Source: a virus (Duplodnaviria > Heunggongvirae > Uroviricota > Caudoviricetes). From it: DNA of 38,845 nt. Every line of letters begins with the position of its first letter. Within the stretch, counting starts at the first letter, position 1. Position numbers and translations under genes: made by a program. The stretch spans positions 94,666 to 133,510 of the IMG/VR virus record IMGVR_UViG_3300031712_000052. The stretch is one strand, 5' to 3'. Positions 1 to 6,192 of this stretch are shown piece by piece. The notes under the pieces are model-generated. The model ran no database searches. It was not told the origin of the DNA and saw nothing but the letters and a program-made list of their open reading frames with translations.

Positions 1-13
1 GCTGGGGCACAAG

Positions 14-217
14 ATGAAAAAATATGTGATCTATGAAAATCCAAATTCAACAGAACGTGGGATTTCACCCAAAGATAGGTGGATAGGTTGTTTGAAGGTA
101 GATACAGCAGGGCAACCAATGCAGGTTGTACTAGAGTTCGAAGCGGAGACATGGAATGAGGCCATGCAGAAGTACAATGATCATTATGGGTATGGCAAGT
201 ACGTACCCATGGAGTAA
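14..217 (+). CDS. hypothetical protein
   Basis: 67 aa ORF, ATG start. Confidence 0.45.
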   Translation: MKKYVIYENPNSTERGISPKDRWIGCLKVDTAGQPMQVVLEFEAETWNEAMQKYNDHYGYGKYVPME

Positions 218-415
218 AGACTCTTAGATGACTGCCCGTTATCTTTTCTCCGTCTGGCTATGCGGGTAGTTCGACGGAGAGAAGGTATCGACCATCTATT
301 CCTGGGTATGCAAGAGTGGGCTAGTTACGTTCCCCAGGCGGAATGGATCTCTGTAGGCGACCCAAAGCAGGGGACTGTGATCCAAGCTTGACACCCCGGA
401 GAGACGGGGGACTAT

Positions 416-488
416 TGGGGGTTAACACAATTGGCTAGTGTGACGGTCTCTGACACCGTTTATCAGAGTTCAACTCTCTGGCCCCCAG
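416..488 (+). tRNA. tRNA-Gln(CTG)
   Basis: Acceptor TGGGGGT/GCCCCCA, anticodon arm ACGGT-CTCTGAC-ACCGT, T-loop TTCAACT. Confidence 0.9.
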
Positions 489-492
489 CTAT

Positions 493-566
493 TCCGGTGT
501 CGCTCAATGGTAGGGCGTCCGGCTTTGACCCGGAATACGGGAGTTCAATCCTCTCCACCGGAACCA
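493..566 (+). tRNA. tRNA-Gln(TTG)
   Basis: TCCGGTG/CACCGGA, loop CTTTGAC, encoded CCA. Confidence 0.9.
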
Positions 567-567
567 A

Positions 568-641
568 CAGTGTGTAGCCTAGATGGTTCAGGCACTCCGT
601 TCGGGGCGGAGACGACATCAGTTCGATTCTGATCACACTGA
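568..641 (+). tRNA. tRNA-Pro(CGG)
   Basis: CAGTGTG/CACACTG, loop TTCGGGG. Confidence 0.9.
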
Positions 642-724
642 CTGACGGCATCTCCGAAAGAGATGCTAATGAACCGTAGGATTGGTTTCCTCCTCCCATT
701 ACGGTGTCGAAAAGATGGGGGAAT

Positions 725-798
725 GCAAGTGTAGCTCAGATGGCAAGAGCAGCCGCTCGATAAGCGGCAGGTCACAAGTTCGAAGCTTGTCACTTGCA
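725..798 (+). tRNA. tRNA-Ile(GAT)
   Basis: GCAAGTG/CACTTGC, loop TCGATAA (C33). Confidence 0.88.
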
Positions 799-800
799 CT

Positions 801-872
801 GTGGCCGTAGCCAAGTGGAAAGGCGGGAGGTTGTGGCCCTCCTATACGTGAGTTCGATCCTCACCGGTCACC
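801..872 (+). tRNA. tRNA-His(GTG)
   Basis: GTGGCCG/CGGTCAC, C73, loop TTGTGGC; base at -1 is T. Confidence 0.9.
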
Positions 873-874
873 CT

Positions 875-1039
875 AGATGTTACGCCAGTACCAGAACGAC
901 TTGCCAAAAACATGCAGACCAACTCGCATTGCGGTTGTCATCAATGGTCTCCCCTCTCACACGTCGGGGCACCTCCTTTCTAAGTCGTCAGCCCTAAGCT
1001 GTCTGCAGGTCTTTGGGGGCTGGTGGGACCGTAACATCT
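875..1039 (+). ncRNA. candidate pseudoknotted RNA, family unknown
   Basis: 10-bp closing stem 875-884/1030-1039; crossing helices 896-903/981-988 and 913-919/1001-1007. Confidence 0.55.
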
Positions 1040-1042
1040 TTC

Positions 1043-1116
1043 CGGGGTGTAGCTCAGTTGGTAGAGCGCGTGCTTTGGGAGCATGAGGTTCGCAGGTTCG
1101 AGACCTGTCACCCCGA
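1043..1116 (+). tRNA. tRNA-Pro(TGG)
   Basis: CGGGGTG/CACCCCG, loop TTTGGGA. Confidence 0.92.
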
Positions 1117-1118
1117 CT

Positions 1119-1198
1119 GGTGAATACAAGCAGTGATCTGAACGGTTACTTCATGTTGGAATGTAAAAAGCCGTTCTAATTAGTCTCTTGTGTTCGCC
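1119..1198 (+). ncRNA. Y RNA-like unit 1 (short)
   Basis: Terminal stem 1119-1130/1187-1198; GCAGTGA-TCT-GAACGG-TTACTTC ... CCGTTC-TAAT-TAGTCTC. Confidence 0.75.
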
Positions 1199-1205
1199 GC
1201 GTTTT

Positions 1206-1347
1206 TGTGCCAGAAGTAGTGAATTGATCGGATACTTCCATTGCAAAAGGAGGAGATGGAGGTTCAAGTCCTCTCGGTCACTTCGGTGGACGTCGTCTAA
1301 TGGTAGGATGCCTAAAATACCCGATCTAAATAGTCTCTTCTAGCACA
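1206..1347 (+). ncRNA. Y RNA-like unit 2 with permuted tRNA domain (YrlA-like)
   Basis: Shared motif; inner order T-arm (GGAGG-TTCAAGT-CCTCT), loop-closed acceptor CGGTCAC-TTCG-GTGGACG, D-arm TCGTCTAATGGTAGGA. Confidence 0.8.
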
Positions 1348-1355
1348 TTTGATTT

Positions 1356-1446
1356 TGCTTCTCAGTGGCAGTGAATTGATCAGTTACTTCTCAGACCTAT
1401 ACTCTGAACCAAATGGACTGGTCTAAACAATCTCCGCTGAGTGGCA
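1356..1446 (+). ncRNA. Y RNA-like unit 3 (short)
   Basis: Terminal stem 1356-1368/1434-1446; GCAGTGA-ATT-GATCAG-TTACTTC ... CTGGTC-TAAA-CAATCTC. Confidence 0.75.
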
Positions 1447-1453
1447 TTTGATT

Positions 1454-1602
1454 TGCCAAGTGAAAGCAGTGAACTGATCGGATACTTCAATTGGAACCCG
1501 CGAAGGTGGTCCGAATCCATCCGGCCCGACTAGTCGGGCTGTAGCTCAAAGGTAGAGCACGGGTCGTAAGACACCGGTCGAATTAGTCTCTTTCATGTGG
1601 CA
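1454..1602 (+). ncRNA. Y RNA-like unit 4 with permuted tRNA domain (YrlA-like)
   Basis: Shared motif; T-arm GGTGG-TCCGAAT-CCATC, acceptor CGGCCCG/CGGGCTG closed by a loop, D-arm GCTC-AAAGGTA-GAGC. Confidence 0.8.
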
Positions 1603-1609
1603 TTAAGTT

Positions 1610-1714
1610 TCCTCTTTCCCGGTAGTGAGCGTAACGGTTACTTCCACTCAATAGGACATGGACCCCGAAAGGGTCCTGAAAACAGCCGTTGCAAATGGTC
1701 TCCGGGTCTGAGGA
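1610..1714 (+). ncRNA. Y RNA-like unit 5 (short)
   Basis: Terminal stem 1610-1622/1702-1714; GTAGTGA-GCG-TAACGG-TTACTTC ... CCGTTG-CAAA-TGGTCTC. Confidence 0.72.
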
Positions 1715-1748
1715 TTTGATTCTCCTTCGAGCCGAAAGGAAGTGAAAC

Positions 1749-3362
1749 ATGGGTACGATCAACAAGAAGAGAGAGCCAAGGGTGCAGGCTGATAAGCACC
1801 TCAACTTCATGGGTGGTGCAGGATACTTCCTGGATGACCCTGTTCGCCAACTGGAGATGGCAGCCTCCAGTTGCTTCTTCGGAGAACCGCAGTACTACCA
1901 CAGGGACAAGGATGACAAGAGGCCGGTGAGGGAATCTGACCCCCGCTCTCTTTCAGCCTCAGATGTGACTAAATTACGGGAACAGCTGAACGCCATTGAC
2001 CCACAGGAATGGCGTGGACTGACCCCAAAGGCAATGATGGTCAGAGCTATCGATGCTGCTTTGGACTGTGATCCTCTGAGGACCTTAGCCCTTGCTTGCA
2101 AGTTACGGACTCGAGATCATATTAGGACTACTCCACAAGTCATTCTGGTACGAGCAGCTCACCACAAGGCGGTGAAGGGAACGAACTTGATCAGACTGTG
2201 TGGTCAAGATATTCTTCAGCGCCCAGATGAGGTTGCAGTTCAGTTGGCCTACCACTTGGAAACCTATGGAGAGAAGGCTCCTATACCCAACAGCCTGAAG
2301 AGGTTGTGGAGGAAGAAGCTCACTTCTCTTACTGAGTATGAGTTGGCCAAGTACAGACTCGAGGACAAGGAAGTCAAGCTGGTGGACGTAGTGAACCTGG
2401 TGCACCCAAAGAGTGAGGCAGTAGGCAAGTTGGTTCGCGGGGAGCTGAAGAACACAGAGACTTGGGAAGCCATCATCTCTGGCAAAGGTTCTACCAAGGA
2501 GAACTGGGAAGAGGCGTTGGAGCACATGGGACACATGGCCTTGCTCAGGAACATCAGGAACCTTCATGAGAAGGGTGTTCCGTACAAGGCATACATCCAG
2601 AAGCTGGTGGACGGGGCAAAGGGTGGGAAGCAGTTGCCATTCAGGTACTATTCGGCCTTCAAGGCTTTGGGTGAGACTCCTGGTCCAATCCAGGATGCTA
2701 TCGAGACCTGCATGGAGGTAGCACTAGGTGACTTGCCACGGTTCGAGGGGAAGGCGATGTTCTTGTGTGACAACTCAGGTTCTGCTTGGGGCGCAACAAC
2801 CTCTTCTATGGGCACCATGCACATAGCTGAGATTGCAAACCTGACAGCAGTACTTGGGGCCCACCTGGCTGATGAGGGCTACGTAGGTGTTTTCGGTGAT
2901 GACCTTTCTACCATGCCCATTCGAAAGAAGGGTTCCATCTTTGAGCAGCTCAAGCATGTCACTGATGAGGGTAAGAATGTTGGTGGAGGAACAGAGAATG
3001 GCATTTGGTTGTTCTGGGACAAAGCCATTAGGAACAAGGAACACTGGGACAACGTCTTCGTGTTCTCGGACATGCAGGCAGGTCATGGTGGGTTGTATGG
3101 TTCAGATCCTAGGGCATATCTTCCGTACCTGTGGCACTCGGGTCGTCCGAACATAGATGTTGGTAAGTTGATCAATACCTACAGGGCAAGGGTCAATCCC
3201 AACGTCAACGTATACTTGGTCCAGGTAGCTGGATACCAAGACATCATCCTGCCGGAGTTCTACAAGAGGACATACATCTTGAGCGGGTGGAGTGAGGGGT
3301 TGTTCAAGTTCGCTCATCAGATGTCCAACCTGATGGAACAAGTGCAGACACAGAAGAAGTAA
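1749..3362 (+). CDS. rsr: Ro60-related RNA-binding protein (TROVE + vWA)
   Basis: 537 aa; TROVE-like motifs (AKY, LVDVVNLVHPK, MALLRNIRN, QLPFRYYSA), MIDAS DNSGS, C-terminal SGWSE; SD AAGGAAG. Confidence 0.9.
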   Translation: MGTINKKREPRVQADKHLNFMGGAGYFLDDPVRQLEMAASSCFFGEPQYYHRDKDDKRPVRESDPRSLSASDVTKLREQLNAIDPQEWRGLTPKAMMVRAIDAALDCDPLRTLALACKLRTRDHIRTTPQVILVRAAHHKAVKGTNLIRLCGQDILQRPDEVAVQLAYHLETYGEKAPIPNSLKRLWRKKLTSLTEYELAKYRLEDKEVKLVDVVNLVHPKSEAVGKLVRGELKNTETWEAIISGKGSTKENWEEALEHMGHMALLRNIRNLHEKGVPYKAYIQKLVDGAKGGKQLPFRYYSAFKALGETPGPIQDAIETCMEVALGDLPRFEGKAMFLCDNSGSAWGATTSSMGTMHIAEIANLTAVLGAHLADEGYVGVFGDDLSTMPIRKKGSIFEQLKHVTDEGKNVGGGTENGIWLFWDKAIRNKEHWDNVFVFSDMQAGHGGLYGSDPRAYLPYLWHSGRPNIDVGKLINTYRARVNPNVNVYLVQVAGYQDIILPEFYKRTYILSGWSEGLFKFAHQMSNLMEQVQTQKK

Positions 3363-3392
3363 CAACTAAACCGCAGGGAGACCTGCGGTCAC

Positions 3393-3465
3393 GGGCCCGT
3401 AGCTCATTCAGGAGAGCATCCGGTTTGCATCCGGAAGGCGGTCGGGGCAGAGCCGACCGGGTCCA
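3393..3465 (+). tRNA. tRNA-Ala(TGC), atypical T-loop
   Basis: GGGCCCG/CGGGTCC with G3-U70, loop TTTGCAT, T-loop GGCAGAG. Confidence 0.85.
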
Positions 3466-3478
3466 CAAAAGGAGTTAG

Positions 3479-3838
3479 ATGTCATACAAAGATCCAGAAG
3501 TACAAAGAAAATATGTGCGCGAGTGGATAGCTAAGAGACGCGCAGATTGGTTGTCGGATAAGTGCTGTGTTGTTTGTGGTAGCACCAGAGCACTTGAAGT
3601 GGATCACATAGACAGCAGTACAAAGGTGTCTCATAACGTGTGGTCTTGGTCTAAAGAGCGTAGAGAAGCAGAACTGGCTAAGTGCCAGGTCTTTTGTCAC
3701 AAGCACCATGTGCAAAAGACATGGGAGAAAGATAGAGCTAGGGCAGTACATGGTTCGCAAAGCATGTACTGTAAACACGGTTGTAGGTGCCAATTGTGCC
3801 GAGAAGGGCATAGAAAGATCAATGCAAAGTACAGGTAG
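3479..3838 (+). CDS. HNH endonuclease
   Basis: CxxC, EVDHID, CQVFCHKHH. Confidence 0.75.
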   Translation: MSYKDPEVQRKYVREWIAKRRADWLSDKCCVVCGSTRALEVDHIDSSTKVSHNVWSWSKERREAELAKCQVFCHKHHVQKTWEKDRARAVHGSQSMYCKHGCRCQLCREGHRKINAKYR

Positions 3839-3840
3839 CT

Positions 3841-3913
3841 GGGGCTTTAGTTCATTCAGGAGAACGTCTGGTCCGCAACCAGAAGGTGCCGGGGGCAGAG
3901 CCCGGAAGCTCCA
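3841..3913 (+). tRNA. tRNA-Ala(CGC), atypical T-loop
   Basis: GGGGCTT/AAGCTCC with G3-U70, loop TCCGCAA (C33), T-loop GGCAGAG. Confidence 0.85.
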
Positions 3914-3914
3914 C

Positions 3915-4024
3915 AGAACCACTTGTGAGTAACTACCTGGGAGGAAATCTAACTCCTCGTTCGGCCGGGTGGATACAGCCAGCCAGAAAACAAAGTTAGA
4001 TCTTAGGCTGGTACTAGTGGTTCT
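3915..4024 (+). ncRNA. candidate kissing-loop RNA, family unknown
   Basis: 9-bp closing stem; two internal hairpins whose loops are complementary (ATCTAAC/GTTAGAT). Confidence 0.55.
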
Positions 4025-4027
4025 TCT

Positions 4028-4101
4028 GGGGATGTAGCTCAATTTGGGAGAGCGTCTGCATGGCATGCAGAAGGTAGCCGGTTCGATCCCGGTCATCTCC
4101 A
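4028..4101 (+). tRNA. tRNA-Ala(GGC)
   Basis: GGGGATG/CATCTCC with G3-U70, loop ATGGCAT. Confidence 0.93.
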
Positions 4102-4129
4102 CTCGGTAAAAAGAAAGGAAAGGAAACCA

Positions 4130-4612
4130 ATGAAACTGCTGAAAATACACTCCATGACAGATCTGATCACAAACTCGTCCACGACAATCTACACGTATAG
4201 TGACAACAGTATTGGGGCCCTACAGAGGATGATTGATGAGTTCTTCCGTGTGCTGGGCATAGACAAGAAGTGCGCTGATGTGTTCACAGTAACTCTGGTG
4301 CTAGATGCTAACTACAGATACATTGATGAGCTTGATGAGATGGATGAGGAAGACGTTCCATCTGAGCTACGCGGGAATTTGAGCTACAATGATCGCGAAA
4401 AGCTCATCAAGGAGTACGTAGAGCGTGTTGTAAGTGGTGAGATGGAGAAGCCAGAGTGGATGAAGAAGGTAGAGAGCAATGAGAATGGCGATGGCTTAAA
4501 GCCTAGCAATATAATCAGCATCGTTCCAAAGTCGCCGGAGTATGCAGACCTGGCGAAACTGATCGTGAGCTTCCTATATTCCACCCAGCAGGAGTCTTCT
4601 TACAACGGTTAG
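4130..4612 (+). CDS. hypothetical protein adjacent to radical SAM gene
   Basis: 160 aa, strong SD AAGGAAAGG, N-terminal DLITNSS segment. Confidence 0.7.
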   Translation: MKLLKIHSMTDLITNSSTTIYTYSDNSIGALQRMIDEFFRVLGIDKKCADVFTVTLVLDANYRYIDELDEMDEEDVPSELRGNLSYNDREKLIKEYVERVVSGEMEKPEWMKKVESNENGDGLKPSNIISIVPKSPEYADLAKLIVSFLYSTQQESSYNG

Positions 4613-5500
4613 ATGATGAAGATTCGCATCTTTCCAGAACATAACTACAAGGCTATCCATTTCGAGGGTAAGACATTGCGGATAGCCTTAGATCCAACAA
4701 AGCCTATAAGCACTCTGGACTACCCAGAGTTCTATGATGTCAAAGTGACTTCTAAGTGTGGTGGGAACTGCCCCTACTGCTACCAATCGAGTAAAGCAGA
4801 TGCACTCAATTGTGCGGACATAGTGGATAGGTTCGTAGGGTTCTTCTCCAGGTTCAACCAGAACCAGATGCCTTTCCAGATTGCATTTGGCGGAGGAGAG
4901 CCCACTGCTCACCCAGACTTCCTACGCCTACTAGAGGTGTGCTCCGGCATGGGCATCACACCAAACTACACAACGAATGGCATGTGGGTGTTTGAATGGA
5001 ACAAGACGTCTCGGGATGTGCTTGATACTACAGTTAAGCACTGTGGTGGTGTTGCAGTATCTACACATCCCCACCTGTACAAGTATTGGCGTGCAGCTGT
5101 GTGCGTATACCTTCAGGCTGGTGTGCACACCAACTTACACGTGATCATAGGAGACAGAGAATCCATAGATAGTTTTGCTGCCATCTACCGAGAGTACACT
5201 GGCAGGATTCGCTACTTCGTTTTGCTCCCGCTTGCTGCACAAGGTAGGTCTGATTCGTCTTTCTTAGACTGGGAGTACCTCAAGTCTAAGATAGATGGCT
5301 CACCTCGAGATGTGGCCTTCGGGGCTAACTTTCACCCGTATCTGAGTAAAGAGAGTGACCGGTTCAAGGTCAGTATCTATGATCCAGAATCGATGTCAGC
5401 ATATTTGGACTTGGAGACTATGAAGGTGTTCAAGTCCTCGTTCTCAAGTGAGGAGCGTATAATTCCAGGCCCTACAGGGCCTGAGGGCTGTGTAGCCTAG
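4613..5500 (+). CDS. radical SAM protein
   Basis: CxxxCxxC (CGGNCPYC), GGGEPT, NYTTNG. Confidence 0.88.
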   Translation: MMKIRIFPEHNYKAIHFEGKTLRIALDPTKPISTLDYPEFYDVKVTSKCGGNCPYCYQSSKADALNCADIVDRFVGFFSRFNQNQMPFQIAFGGGEPTAHPDFLRLLEVCSGMGITPNYTTNGMWVFEWNKTSRDVLDTTVKHCGGVAVSTHPHLYKYWRAAVCVYLQAGVHTNLHVIIGDRESIDSFAAIYREYTGRIRYFVLLPLAAQGRSDSSFLDWEYLKSKIDGSPRDVAFGANFHPYLSKESDRFKVSIYDPESMSAYLDLETMKVFKSSFSSEERIIPGPTGPEGCVA

Positions 5501-5642
5501 GCACTTGTTGCCTGAACAACACCACATAGAGGCCCGGTTTAGGGTCACACCACCTCTTGCAGGAAGTCAGTTGTGCAAGTAATCCAGATAAAGATCTGAG
5601 GGTCTCCGGCTACCTGGGCTCTAGTCCAAAGTGCCGGATAAT

Positions 5643-5714
5643 AGGTCGTTCATCTAGCGGCTAGGATGTCAGTCTCCAAAACTGATCACGTCGGTTCGAG
5701 TCCGACACGACCTG
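5643..5714 (+). tRNA. tRNA-Trp(CCA)
   Basis: AGGTCGT/ACGACCT, loop CTCCAAA. Confidence 0.92.
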
Positions 5715-5812
5715 CAACGCCTCATCAACCTGCAGCTGCCCTGTTCAGGTCTTCCACCCAAACGGGATGCGTATACTAGTTCGCGGAAGATATGCAAATG
5801 ATGAGGTTCTAT

Positions 5813-5902
5813 GGAATCGTTGGACATGTGGCAAGTCCACCTGCCTTGAAAGCAGGCAAGTCCTAGAAATAGGCTTTGAGCGTTCGACTCGCTCCGATTC
5901 CT
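5813..5902 (+). tRNA. tRNA-Ser(TGA)
   Basis: GGAATCG/CGATTCC, loop CTTGAAA, long variable arm. Confidence 0.88.
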
Positions 5903-6032
5903 CGAAGTAGGGAGTACAGTTGCTGCTTGCTGCCCTCCTATTCATAAGGACCACCACTGGGGTATCGGTGGTGGACTGGTGAAGACCTATTCCAGTCAAC
6001 ACCTAGTCCATATGCGTAGAACAAGCAGCCCC

Positions 6033-6118
6033 GGAGAGTGAACTGACCAGGGAGTCAGGACAGCCTGGAAAGCTGATCGCACCCGTAAGGGTATGGTTTT
6101 CGAGTAACCCGCTCTCCT
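6033..6118 (+). tRNA. tRNA-Ser(GGA)
   Basis: GGAGAGT/GCTCTCC, loop CTGGAAA, long variable arm. Confidence 0.85.
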
Positions 6119-6145
6119 CTAGATCAATATAACATGGCTAAAGTA

Positions 6146-6169
6146 AAATCCCCACCTAGGTGGGGATTT
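6146..6169. terminator. palindromic hairpin, probable bidirectional terminator
   Basis: AAATCCCCACCTAGGTGGGGATTT between convergent tRNA block and minus-strand gene. Confidence 0.6.
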
Positions 6170-6192
6170 CACCTAAGCGGGGACTTTACCTA

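Noticed and set aside
646-675. HDV-like 3' half (GG-P4-CTAA)
   Set aside because: No upstream P3/L3 element; the upstream sequence is the tRNA-Pro T-arm
990-1000. Pistol ribozyme suggested by GCCCTAAGC
   Set aside because: The required upstream TTAGGG loop partner and P1 are absent from this element
1119-1714. Repeats as a CRISPR array
   Set aside because: Repeats are bipartite with covarying stems, unit lengths vary from 80 to 149 nt, and no cas genes are present
3941-3990. HDV-like (theta) ribozyme suggested by TCCTCG
   Set aside because: No P1 starting at the tRNA 3' end and no catalytic C-containing J4/2; TCCTC is better explained by pairing with GAGGA
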